Shown here piece by piece: positions 25,830-39,028 of a stretch of 64,000 nt of DNA (position 1 is the first letter of the stretch; every line of letters begins with the position of its first letter). Origin of the DNA: Eledone cirrhosa (taxonomy: Eukaryota); contig OZ024754.1 of NCBI GenBank assembly GCA_964016885.1, positions 18,104,001 through 18,168,000 on the forward strand, written 5' to 3'. Under the pieces are notes generated by a model. The model was given only the letters and a program-made list of their open reading frames with translations. It did no database searches and had not been told where the DNA came from. The position numbers and the translations under genes were made by a program.

Positions 25830-26850
25830 ACGTTAGTTCTGGTTTTTATTACCCTTTCCATAAGCCCAATGAAAACTTAAATTACGTTAGTTATTACTCT
25901 AATCACCCTAAATCTGTGAAAAATGCAATTGTAAATAGTGTACAGAAACACACAACTAGAATATCTGCCAATAAATCAATATTTGATGAAAAAGGGCAGG
26001 TTATAAAAATAATATAGAATATATAGACAATAATAATCCGAGTCTTAATCCTGATAAAAATAATAGTAATATGACTGGCATATATAAACGAAATTCTAAA
26101 AATTATAATTCAAACACCTGTACTGTGAATAAATCGGGGAAAAGAACCAGAACTAAATCAGTTATATGGTCCCCCCCCCTGCTTTTGTAGCGGTAAGAAC
26201 ACCACTAGCTAATCTATTCTTTAAGGCTTTAGATAATTCCTTCCCTAGTGAACATAAATACCGTTCCATATTTAATAGACACACAATTAAGCTTTCTTAT
26301 TCTACAACTATGAATATGGCCCAAAACATCGCTAAACTAAATAGTAGAATTCTAAACCAAAATCAACATAATGCTGTTAATAGTGTTAATATAAATAATA
26401 ATAAATCGAAATGTAATTGTAGAAATAAACCAGATTGCCCTCTGCAAAATAATTGTCTGGATAGAAATCTGGTGTATAAATGCACCGTAAAAACAAATAA
26501 CAACACATACAACTACATAGGGGCAACTTCTTCGACATTTAAATCGAGATTTGCGAATCACAAATGCTCATTTTCGAATTTTAATAGGAAGTCTTCGACT
26601 TCTTAATTCACAACTTATATGGTCATTAAAAGACAAAAATTTAAAATACTCGATTTTTTGGACGAAGGCTTTGTAATAGTATAATATACTCGAACTCGTC
26701 TATATCAACTAACTGCAACCTCTGCACAAAGGAGACCCTATTAATAATTATGAAAACTTAATTAACAAAAAAAGTGAATTATTCTTAAACTGCCTTTATA
26801 AAGCTTTGTCTACATTCCAAGCCTCGCAAAAGGTCATGAAAAAACACTAA
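25830..26850 (+). pseudogene. Penelope-like RT-thumb/linker/GIY-YIG endonuclease C-terminus
   Basis: ORF 26166-26606 contains IFNRHTIKLSYS, the linker CNC-x5-C-x5-C, LVYKC...YIG (GIY-YIG) and FKSRFANH. CNLC-x2-E follows after a stop. Confidence 0.88.
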
Positions 26851-28730
26851 ACAAACAGGCTTTAACTTTTGACGTCTCTTATCAACTATGTACCTAAAAA
26901 GTCATAACAGTTTATAAAACTTTAATAATACTTCATTTTCTAATCATTTATGATAGAATTAATGTTAGAATGAAGGATCCTGTTTAGGTATATAAACATT
27001 TTATTTGGTAACTTGTTTACTTGATAAATATGCACACCTTAGGATTATTTTAGATATTTATAATTTAGATTCGGATCTTTATTTATCTGTCTGTTTTAAA
27101 TATATAATTTGGATATTTAACTTGTAAAATTACCGGTTATAATTGAACTGTAGATCATTTGCATATTTTACTCATTTTGGGTATGTTTTGGGGACTCAGA
27201 AAGTTAGATTTGCACTTATATATTTTTATATATATCTAGGTATAAATATAACAAACCATACAAGTCGACAAATATTGGTCTCTCTCTCCACTGAACTGGA
27301 GGTAAAACTACAATTATAGCATTACTAATAATGATTATAATTATTTATTTATTAAATGTATATCGTTTCATTAATACCTATAAATATGTGAAAATATGTT
27401 TATCTAGTATAACATACTCGTAATTACATTTATAAATAATTTAGATACTCAAATGACTCTCTATTGTTATAAGTGTTAGATATTCCCTGGATGTTCGAAA
27501 TTATATAATGATTATTACTTAATTTAATATAATTAAATTTATTTTAATTAAATTTAAATTACCTTCGGCTTTTTTCAAGTATTTAGCTCCTCTTTCTATC
27601 ACATTCGCTGGGCATTTTAGAAGTATCTTTGAACTACTATATATTAAAACCCTATTACATTTTAAACTACATTTTTAATATTGGGCATTTTTAAGTTTCG
27701 CAAACAATTCATTATTTTTCACTTTTTATTTTTATATTTATTTTGTATCTAGCCCTTATCCTTAGGACTTATATATTTATAGTATATATCAACTAAATGA
27801 TCATTTTACAATAATTGATATAAAACATTAATTAAAAAAAATATTTTTTAACAATATTTTCAGTAACTTATTTTCTATATTGTATTATTGTATTATGTTA
27901 TGTATATTTGAAAGGTATCACCTTAAGTCTTTAGACAATATAATCCTTGTGTATTTTTTGATTAATACATATATATATAATTTAAAATTCAGACTTCTCT
28001 AAGTTTAATTATAAGGCCTGTTGATCCTTGGCATTCAAATTGTTAATCATAAATTCTTTAATAATTATAACTATAATTATTGTATAAATTATATTATATA
28101 AACTGTTGTCAATATTATAAATAATTTTGGTAAGGTTTACCTTCGTGAGGTTATAAAAACATTATATATTTTCTTTCTCGTGTTTCGTAAATCCTTTAAA
28201 TTTGATTTCATAAAATTTGAATTTTAGAAATTAAACTTGATAGTATACTTTAATATTAATACAGATACCTATTAACTTTTAAAACCTAAAATATTATTCA
28301 TTACTCTGAACTAACTTAAATTAAATATTTTGAATATTAACGGTCAACCAAATAAGTTTAGATATATATTGTATATATGGATAATTGTCTATAAACTTGA
28401 ACATAAATTATTCCCCTTTGTCTCTCTCCCTCTTTAATCATCTCTCATTTGTCTTTCGAGGCACCTACTAACTATATTATCCCATCAGCTGTTTCATCCT
28501 CTATGCTTTCCTTTCTTTCCTCTTTCTTCAGTAATTTAAATTTTTTAACTGTTATATTGAAGCCATATATTTTTTAAGCTGTATTACACACACCCTCTCT
28601 ATTGTATGTATTATATATTTTTCTCATGTTCTCAATATTAAGGTACAAATATTGAGTTTTGTCATATATTACTCACTACCATGACTGAATCTTAACCATC
28701 TACTATGTCAGGGTATGTCATGCATCATCT

Positions 28731-28797
28731 TATTTTATCTGATGAGGACGTACTATTGAACTTAACTCAGTACCTCTGAAATATGTATAATAAAATA
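28731..28797 (+). ncRNA. Type I hammerhead ribozyme at the 3' end of the PLE
   Basis: Perfect 8-bp stem I (TATTTTAT/ATAAAATA), core CTGATGA...GAAA, stem II GGA-C-GTACT/AGTAC-C-TCT, short stem III, and predicted AUA cleavage triplet at 28787-28789. Confidence 0.78.
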
Positions 28798-29043
28798 TAC
28801 TTGATCACAAGAATATCTATTATTTTGTTAATATATATATATATTTTGTTTCTGAATATTGTTTAGCAAGATTCTTTATCTGAAAACGTGTGTTGAAACC
28901 GATATTGTTATGCTTTGGGAGGGTCATGTTGCCAATATGAAACACGCACCAGTTGCTTTCACTCCAATTTATTATAAGTTAAATTTATAAATTTCCGGTT
29001 GGTTGGCTGGTTGGTTCCACAACCGGACGGTTGTTCATATATT

Positions 29044-29086
29044 GTCAAAGTTCTTTCGTCACACATTCTGTGACCTCTTCAGTGAC
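29044..29086 (-). ncRNA. Hammerhead motif, mirror copy in the palindrome
   Basis: Exact reverse complement of 29241-29283. Confidence 0.65.
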
Positions 29087-29240
29087 TGGGGATTCTTTTC
29101 TTTCTTTTTGTGCCTCTCCTTTGTTCTGTCCTACGCCATCTTGTTTTTTTTTGTGTGTGTTGTGTGCACAACACACAAAAAAACAAGATACCGTAGGACA
29201 GAACAAAGGAGAGGCACAAAAAGAAAGAAAAGAATCCCCA

Positions 29241-29283
29241 GTCACTGAAGAGGTCACAGAATGTGTGACGAAAGAACTTTGAC
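29241..29283 (+). ncRNA. Minimal type I hammerhead ribozyme motif
   Basis: GTCA CTGAAGA G GTCACA-GAATG-TGTGAC GAAA GAA CTT TGAC: stem I GTCA/TGAC, 6-bp stem II, 2-bp stem III, CUU triplet. Confidence 0.65.
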
Positions 29284-29416
29284 AATATATGAACAACCGT
29301 CCGGTTGTGGAGCCAACAAGTCAGCCAACCGGAAATTTATAAATTTAACTTATAATAAATTGGAGTGAAAGCAACTGGTGAGTGTGTTTCATATTGGCAA
29401 CATGACCGTCCCAAAG

Positions 29417-29472
<56 letters not shown>

Positions 29473-29473
29473 A

Positions 29474-29806
29474 TGAAGGCACATGGCTTAGTGGTTAGAG
29501 CATTGGCCTTGCAATCAAAAGGTTGTGAGTTCAATTCTCAGACCAGGTGATGTTGTTTCCTTGAGCAAGGCACTTTATTTCACATTGCTCCAGTTTACTC
29601 AGCTGTAGAAATGAGATGATAGGGACTGGGGTCCATATCATTCCACTGCAAAGTAGTCGTGGAGGTGCCACGGCAAAAAAGCACCCAGCACTCACTGTAA
29701 ATGAGGTTGGTGTTAGGAAGGGCATCCAGCTGTAGAAATCAAGCCAGAATCAGTTCCCGTCCCACCCTTGCAAGCAGGGAAAAGCAGATGTAAAAAGATG
29801 ATGATG
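29474..29806 (+). mobile_element. Complete tRNA-derived SINE with RTE-derived tail
   Basis: A-box TGGCTTAGTGG, B-box GAGTTCAATTC, central CCTTGAGCAAGGCACTTTATTTCAC, and tail GGTGTTAGGAAGGGCATCCAGCTGTAGAAA...(GAT)n shared with the RTE 3' UTRs. Confidence 0.9.
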
Positions 29807-29808
29807 TA

Positions 29809-29839
<31 letters not shown>

Positions 29840-29959
29840 GTATAAATATGTATATGTGTATATTTTAATATAGAAAAGCTTCTACAGGACTAGAACTGTT
29901 TCATTCGTGAGAAATCATCACTGTGGTTACCCCCGATTGAACCCGGAATAACTTATATA

Positions 29960-30047
<88 letters not shown>

Positions 30048-30061
30048 CATACATATATATA

Positions 30062-30330
30062 TGACCAAAGATTAGTATGGTTCGTTGATTACTCAATGAA
30101 TACAATTTTACAATAGATTAGAAGCACTCAACAGTGAAGAGTTTTCCTGGAGTTTTTAATATTATTCAAAATATTAAAAACTCCAGATATTAACAAATGA
30201 AAAATATTCTCATAATCAAAATATATACTTTATTTTATATATTTCAAAGGTACTGTGTTGTTTTTTCAGTACGTCCTCATCAGACAAAATATATGATTTG
30301 ATATATGACATACCGCTACGGTCTTGATTA
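30062..30330 (-). mobile_element. Penelope-like terminal fragment with hammerhead motif (30226-30291)
   Basis: Similar to 25230-25435. Minus strand reads TATTTTGT CTGATGA GGAC GTACTG..CAGTAC CTTT GAAA TATATAAA ATAAAGTA; the cleavage triplet appears mutated. Confidence 0.65.
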
Positions 30331-30375
30331 TTCAATTCCAGTATTGGCAGTATACATGTGCGTGTATATATATAT

Positions 30376-30416
<41 letters not shown>

Positions 30417-30605
30417 AATATATATATATATAATTACATTTCATTATTATTACTATATAATTATATATATATATATATATATATGAATGTATGTATAGTA
30501 CATTTGGCAATATACTGTATGTTTGATTAAAAACATTTAGAAGACCATTCGCTACAAGTTTTAAAGTAGTGACTATGTCACTTACTTATTCTCGTCAAAT
30601 AACAT

Positions 30606-30669
30606 CAGAGTGTGATCGACAGACAGTCTGTTTCTCGCTTGTGAGAATTTATCAAGACCACACACTCTG
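30606..30669 (-). ncRNA. Hammerhead motif, U3-A8 core variant
   Basis: Minus strand reads CAGAGTGTGTGGTC TTGATAA ATTCTCACAAGCGA GAAA CAGA-CTG-TCT GTC GATCACACTCTG: long stem I, 5-bp stem III, GUC triplet, weak stem II. Confidence 0.65.
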
Positions 30670-31649
30670 CTGTATTTGCCGAGAATTAAATAAGTTGGAT
30701 TCTTATAGAATTCCATTAACAATCAGGAGCTGATTATACTGAGTGATTGTCCGTCCAGCAAAAATTAGGTATTACTATTGGTGCTCTGAAATAGTGATGT
30801 ATACATGAATGTATGTATATATTCCGATAATTTGATCAGACATACACACTGTATTTAGGGTCGAGTGACGCAATTTGGAGTGATTAGCGGCCTTTAGACA
30901 CACCTGATCAATGAAACAATTGTTAATACTGTAAATAAAACCCTTTTGTACAGCCGACCATGTTATTCTACACTCAGTCACTACTATATATAATTATATA
31001 TATATATATATGATGATATATATATAATTATATATATATAAAATTATATATATATGTAGATATATATAAAATTATATATATATATGATGATATATATATA
31101 TAATTATATATATATATAATTATATATATATATATATGATGATATATATATATAATTATATATATATAAAATTATATATATATGTAGATATATATAAATT
31201 ATATATATATAGATATATATATAAAATTATATATATATATATATAATTATATATAATTATATATATATATATATATATATAATTATATATATATGAAGTA
31301 TTTCATAATAACTAATTATATATATATATATAAAATTACACACACACACACATATATATATATATACGAGCGAGACATGGTCACCAGACCAATCTTGCCT
31401 CAAGTGGGACAACTCCCATCTAACCCATGTTAGCGTGGAAGATAGACATTAAACGATGATGATGAATTATATATATATATATAGTTACATATATATATAG
31501 ATATATATGTGTATATATATAATTATATATATATGATTCATGTATATATACATATATATATAATTATATATATATAAATCATGTATATATACAGACACAT
31601 ATAAAACCATATATATATAAATCATGTATATATACATACATATATATAC

Positions 31650-31705
<56 letters not shown>

Positions 31706-32515
31706 ACAGAAAAGTGAGAAATACTGCAGTCTGGTAGAAGCAATAAATGAAATAATTTGAGCAGAAAGCAAGTGCAATGCTTACATGCAAACTATACAAT
31801 AGTTTCAATAGTAGCAGGGAAGTAAATACCAGTTTGTAACTTCATTTAGTAAACCAATAAACCTTTAGTAAGTGATATTCCATTTTACAATAAAACATTC
31901 AAGAAATAATTATAGTTTGCTTACATTTTTAGACCATTAAGTGTGAAATGTCTGATTCCCGTAAGCCCTTTTAATTCAAATTCGAACATTTCACACTTAA
32001 TAACCTGATAGCAAAACTGAACAATAATAGTTGATGGTGATGATGATGGTGGTGATGGTTTTAAAAATAATATAAAACCTTAAGGAAATTATTCCATTCA
32101 ATTCTATTTTATTCTAATCGAATTGGTACACAACAGAATATCTGCCACAATACATATAAATTCATAGGAGCTATATCTATTTCAACATTGAGATATTCAA
32201 ATTAATAGTTACTGGTTTCAACAGACATGGAACTTGAGATTTTTAGGAGAGGGAATGAGAAGATGCTGTGTTCCTCCACAAAGCATTAAGCATGGAAATA
32301 GTGTTTCTAGACAGGAACTTAAACTAACTATAATAATTATTTCCCATTAACAGGTCTTTGTTTTGCCCACCTCTACACCCACCCACACATTACTTAAACA
32401 TTTAAGATCCATTAGGTTTTTTTTACGTTTTATTTAATTTTTTAAATTTTAATTATTATTTTTATATTCACTTATCTCTCTCTCTCTCTGTATGTATATA
32501 TGTGTGTGTGGGTGT

Positions 32516-33674
32516 ATCATCATCGTTTTACGTCCATTCTTCCACGTAAGCATGGGTTAGGCGGGCTGTCCTGTTGTGGTCAGAGTTAGGTTGGCTGAAC
32601 TTGTCCTGCTCATACCGGAACTGATTCTGACTTGATTTCTACAGCTGGATGCCCTTCCTAACACCAACCTCATTTACAGTGATTGATGAGTGCTTTTTTC
32701 CGTGGTGCCGACATGTTCACTTTACAGTGGGAGGGGGTGGGGTTATATTGTCTATTTGCTTCAGCTTCGGCTTGTACCCGTGGGGGGTCAGGTCTTCTCT
32801 ATTACTGTGTGACGCCAGAGGTCATGGTCCTGTGTCATTGCATTTAAGAGGTGCAATTGGGTAAGGGCGGCTTTTATCACCTCATCCCAATTCTTCTTGG
32901 GTCTCCCCACTCCGCAGCTTCCATCAACTTCTAGTGCTCTGCACCTTTTTATGCAGCTGTTATCCTTCATATGCATCACATGTCCATACCAACGTAACCT
33001 CCTCTCCTGTACACAGCATTTGATTCCTCTTATGCTCAGACTCTCTCTCAGTTCGTTAATGCTTTGCCATTCGCATATATTACTATTACTCATCCATCGG
33101 AGCATGCAGGCTTCGTTTCTTTCTAATCTACGCAAGTCTTCTACACACAGCGCCCAGGTCTCACTACCATGTAACATTGCTGTTTGTATTATATGCATCA
33201 TACAGTCTGCCTTTCATTTTGAGGGAAAAGCATTTTGCAGATAGCAGTAGCTCCCTGAACTTCTTCCATCCCGTTCTTACCCCAGTTATTGTATTTCCGA
33301 ACACCCACCTCCGCTGTTAATTCGGTCACCTAGGTAGCAGAAGCTGTCTACTGTTTCTACAGAGCCCTCCCAGAGTTTGGTGGTGCTTGTTTCCTGTGGC
33401 TGTTTGCTGCTTGCTCTCCCAGCATAGCTACTGCATGTGAAGCCTACATTCTTAGCTAAGCTTCCTGAGATCCCACTACATCTCTTGTGTACCCATTGTT
33501 TGCATTTGGAGCAGAGGATGGAGTTCCTACCTACACCTTTCCTACATACTGAGCAAGGCCATTTCCCTGAGGGGATCTGGGTTCTGTTTTCTCATCTACT
33601 TACAAGGACCTTAGTCTTTGTCAGGTTGACTTTGAGACCCATTCTTTCTAGCCCCTGCTTCCATGTTGGGAATT

Positions 33675-33680
<6 letters not shown>
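32516..33680 (-). mobile_element. RTE LINE 3' fragment
   Basis: ORF 32788-33201 (RRLRWYGH, GRPKKNW), PHD-like segment at 33430-33560, and the RTE 3' UTR. Confidence 0.9.
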
Positions 33681-33758
<78 letters not shown>

Positions 33759-35180
33759 ATATATATATATATATATGTGTGTGTGTATATATATATATAT
33801 ATATTGTTTCTTAACTGTAAGAAGTACTCGATACTTCCCCAAGACTGGCATGGCTTACTAGCGGACATAAAATGATGATGATGATAGATATAGGAGGAAA
33901 ATAGTGCCGACTATTTTCACCATTTCAAACTAAATTTTTGTATTAGAGGACAAAATGTAGAGCACAAAGGAATAATATTTAAATGAAAGAAAATATTAAT
34001 TTTAGTGACAGGCATACATTATTTTAGGGCTGCCTTTCATCCTTATAGGGTCTATAAAATAAAATACCAGTAATGCCCTGGGATAATTGCTGGCCTTGTG
34101 CCAAAAGAAGAATCAATTATTTAAGGGTTGATATTTTTTGGAAATGTAGGGAAATGTATGGAATTATTCTTGTAATTATTTTAAAGGATTTCTTTTTTTT
34201 TGTATAGCACAAACAATAAGTTGTACTGTAAAAACAAACAAACAAAAATCAGCATGAAATACACATTGAAGTTTGGCTGCAAAATATAACAATGGTAAAC
34301 AGAAGAGAAGCAACATTAATAACAAAACAATCAACAGGTATCTGTAGACATAATATTAGAACAACCAAAAAAAAACCAAAAAAAAAAACCAAATAAATAA
34401 AGAGATGCCCAAGTACCAGTACTTTGCATTTACTAGAAGTTTAATTGAAGTTTTAAATATAGGTTTAAAGAGAAAGAAAGAAAGAAAGATAGATAACAAT
34501 ACAATAATAAAGTGTCATTTCTTTTAAAAAAACTTCAAGTAAACATTAGTAAAAGCAAGTTGCAGTTGTTAAATACAATAAAATAGGAAAAGAAAAAGTC
34601 TTTGCCAGCCACACAGTTATGTATTAAGAACTCGATTGTATGCAGCTACAAGCCAAGAGTTACAGGTATGACAGAATTTAGGGGTCTACAAATAGACAAG
34701 AGCACCAAGACCTGAAGGTATATTTTAAAAGGGAACTATTAGGAATTTATTAGTGTATTTACGTATGTATGTGTATATATATACATACATATATATAAAT
34801 AAATATATACACATACATATATATACATATAGATTATATACATATAGATATACATACATATATATATATACATATATATATGTATATATAGATATACATA
34901 TATATATGTATATATAGATATACATACATATATATATCTATATGTATATATAGATATACATACATATATATACATATATATGTACATATAGATATACATA
35001 CATATATATATAAACACATATATATATATACGCATATACAAATATATATATATATATACATACATATATATATACATACATATACATACACGTATATATA
35101 TATATACATATACATACATATATATATAGACATATATCACACCCTTGCAAGCAGAGACACGAGGAACACTCTAGTTTTTT

Positions 35181-35223
35181 ATGCCCTTGAGAAGCCCTTT
35201 TCGGGTGAAACGTACGTAGGTGG
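35181..35223 (+). ncRNA. Minimal hammerhead motif, U3-A8 variant with palindromic stem III
   Basis: GCCC TTGAGAA GCCC-TTTTC-GGGT GAAA CGTAC GTA GG: stem III ACGTACGT is self-complementary, with a GUA triplet and a short stem I. Confidence 0.6.
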
Positions 35224-35400
35224 TGTTTTAATGGTTTGTTCTCCTTTATATATTTTTTCATGTATATAAATGCATTTATGTCTATGTATGTATGTATATG
35301 TATATATGTATGTGTGTATATATATGTATATATATATATGTGTATATGTATATGTAAATATATATATGTATGTTTATGTATATATATATGTATGTATATG

Positions 35401-35432
<32 letters not shown>

Positions 35433-35434
35433 TA

Positions 35435-35465
<31 letters not shown>

Positions 35466-36138
35466 TTACATATATATATACATAAACATACATATATATA
35501 TTTACATATACATATACACACATATATATATATACATATATATACACACATACATATATACATATACATACATAGACATAAATGCATATATACATATATA
35601 GACAAACATAGACATAAATGCATATATACATATATAGACATAAATCCATATATACATATATAGACATACATATATATATATGATACATATATATATATAT
35701 ATATATATATACATAAATATATATATATATACATAAATATATATATATATACATAAATATATATATGATATATATATATATATGATACATATATATGTAT
35801 ATATATATATACACACACGCACACATATATATATATATATATACATATATATATAATTACAAAGTGAACAATATATACCTATTACATTACCAAAGGTTTC
35901 AGTACCCTAGACAATATTGACATATTCGAGATTGTTCATCAGACAGAGGGTACCTCACTTCTATACATTACACAGTGCCTTTGCTTTTTGTTCGAAAGTA
36001 GTTATATATATAGACACATACATATACATACATGCATATATACACATACATATACATGCATATATATATATACATTCAAATATATATATATATACATACA
36101 TACATATATATATATACATACATTCATATATACATACG

Positions 36139-36172
<34 letters not shown>

Positions 36173-36177
36173 CATAC

Positions 36178-36238
<61 letters not shown>

Positions 36239-36428
36239 CGTATATATATATATACACATTCATATATATATATATACATATATACGTATATATATATATC
36301 CATGCGTATATATATATATATATATATATACATACGTGTATATATATATATATATACACATTCATATATATATATACATATATACGTATATATATATATA
36401 CATGCGTATATATATATACATACGTGTA

Positions 36429-36473
<45 letters not shown>

Positions 36474-37844
36474 ACATTCATATATATATATACATACACA
36501 TATATACATACATGCATATATATATACATATATATATGTACATGCATATATATATATATACATGCATATACATACACATATATAAATACACACATATATA
36601 TAAATACATATATATACATACATATATATATATATATAGAAATACATATATATACATACATATATATTCATAAATATATATACATATATATACATACATA
36701 TTTATATACATACATATATATACACACACATATATACATACATATATATACACACACATATATATAAACATATATATACATACATATATATATACATATA
36801 TATAGATACATATATATATACATACATATATATACATTCATATATATGGTGGCTGCCAACTCGTTTTCGAGTACGGCCACTACTTTATATCCATATAGGA
36901 GAACCCCTACCGAAGCGCTGAACAAGTGTGACTTTTTAGTCCAGCCAGCGACTTAAAAACTCTGGTACAAACACTACACCTGTGACAATTATTGACACAT
37001 AGTGCTGGGCCCATGGTACCATGTCACGACAAGTGCAGAGAGATCTCCAGATATAAAGCAATGCCTGTGCCGTGAAGCTTTTATAGTGAGCAAAGGCACT
37101 GCACAAAGCCAGTCCCACTCTCTTAACCAAGATGATATTTACCAAAAAGAAGAACAAGTCAACATCATTGGATACCATCAGGGTTGCAGGTGTTATATCA
37201 GAGTTTTCCTTCTCCTAGAATTCTGCCTTGACAAGGGCTAAGGGGTCATCTCATTCATATATATACACATATATATACATACATATATATACATATATAT
37301 ACATACATACATATATATATACATACATACATATATATATACATACATACATATATACATATATATACATACATATATATATATACATACATATATGTAT
37401 ATATATATATGTATACATATATACACAAATATATTTATATATATATATAAATATGTATATATATATATATATGTACATACATATATATAGTCTAAAAGCA
37501 TGTCTCTGAACAAATCATTGGAATACCCAGTATTCCAATGATTTGATCAGAGACACACACTGTATTTAAGGTCGAGTCACACCATTCCGAGTGACTAACG
37601 GCCTTTAGACTCACCTGATCAATTAAACAATTGTTTAATACTGTAAATAAATCCCTTTTTGTACAGCCGACCATTACTCCAAGAAGACCTGCATGGGAAT
37701 TTTCGTAAACTCGGTACTTAACTAAGGAAACCTCTTGTTGAGTCAAACAACGCCATACGTTAAAACTATTCATAGTATAGAGACCTCACAACCTCTAACT
37801 GGATTACTTAAAACGATAACTTGTTATCATATATATATATATAT

Positions 37845-38147
37845 CTCAGACCGGGTGATGTGTTGTTTCCTTGAGCAAGACACTTTATTTCACATTGCTC
37901 CAGTTTACTCAGCTGTAGAAATGAGATGATAAGAACTGGAGTCCCTATCATTTCACTGCAAAGTGATCGTGGAGGTGCCACGGCAAAAGAACACCCAGTA
38001 CTCACTGTAAAAGGGGTTGGTGTTAGGAAGGGCATCCAGATGTAGAAATCTAGCCAGAATCAGTTCCAGTATGAGCAAGACCAGATCAACCCATCTAACA
38101 CATGCTAGCGTGGAAGAACGAACGTAAAACGGTGATGATGATGATGA
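37845..38147 (+). mobile_element. 5'-truncated SINE of the same family as 29474-29806
   Basis: Aligns with 29536-29750 and has a (GAT)n tail. Confidence 0.85.
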
Positions 38148-38924
38148 TATATATATATGTATATACATACACACACACACATGTATATACATATACACAC
38201 ATGTATATACATACACACACACATGTATATACATACACACACACATGTATATACATATACATATATATAAATGTATATATATATATATATATATATATGC
38301 ATATATATATATATACATATATATAAATGTATATATACATATATATAAATGTATATATATACACACACACACACCTATATCTATATATATACACACATAT
38401 ATATACATAGACACACACATGTATATATATATATATACACAGACATATATATATATGCATATATACATACACATATATATATATGCACATACATATATAT
38501 ATATATACATACACATATATATACATATACACAAACACACACACATATATATATACATCTACATATATATCATCATCATTCATTGTGCTCATAGTTTTTG
38601 GCAGTAGTATATATACTGGTTGGATGCCCTTCCTAACACCAGCACCACTTTACAGCATGGACTCTGTGCTTTTATTCGTGCCACCAGCACTAGAGAGGTT
38701 GTCTTACTGGGCTCAGTTATATATATACATATACATATATATACACACATATATATATATACATATATATATATATACATATATATATACACACACATAT
38801 ATACACATATATATATACATATATATACATCTATACATCTACATATATATATATATACGTAGGTCCCGTGTTGAGTCGGGGATAACCACAGTAAGTAAGG
38901 TACTCAATACATGGCAGAGTAAAA

Positions 38925-39028
38925 TTTTTTTATTTTATAGAAGGAACTTCTACAGGACTAGTACTGTTTCATTCAGATGAATGAAACAGTACTAGTCCTG
39001 TAGAAGTTCCTTCTATAAAATAAAAAAA
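38925..39028. repeat. Perfect hairpin (50-bp arms, AGAT loop)
   Basis: 38925-38974 is the exact reverse complement of 38979-39028. Confidence 0.95.

Larger units (their letters stand above)
25221..28835 (+). mobile_element. 5'-truncated Penelope-like element (Naiad-like) with an inverted pseudo-LTR
   Basis: A GIY-YIG-encoding ORF remnant is flanked by ~510-bp inverted repeats (25322-25829 and 28317-28835), each carrying a hammerhead motif. Confidence 0.88.
28910..29419. repeat. ~510-bp near-perfect palindrome with essentially no spacer
   Basis: Symmetry centre near 29165. ORFs 29031+ and 29045- translate almost identically. Confidence 0.95.

Noticed and set aside
29003-29296. Near-identical ORFs on opposite strands
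   Set aside because: A consequence of the palindrome, not protein-coding genes.
29478-29545. tRNA gene-like sequence (also 8525-8596 and 10410-10477)
   Set aside because: These are A/B-box heads of SINEs, continuing into the SINE body without a proper acceptor stem.
36845-36880. GC-rich hairpin TGGCTG..ACTCG-TTTT-CGAGT..CGGCCA
   Set aside because: No hammerhead core, CTRR terminus or second copy in the window, so it cannot be assigned.
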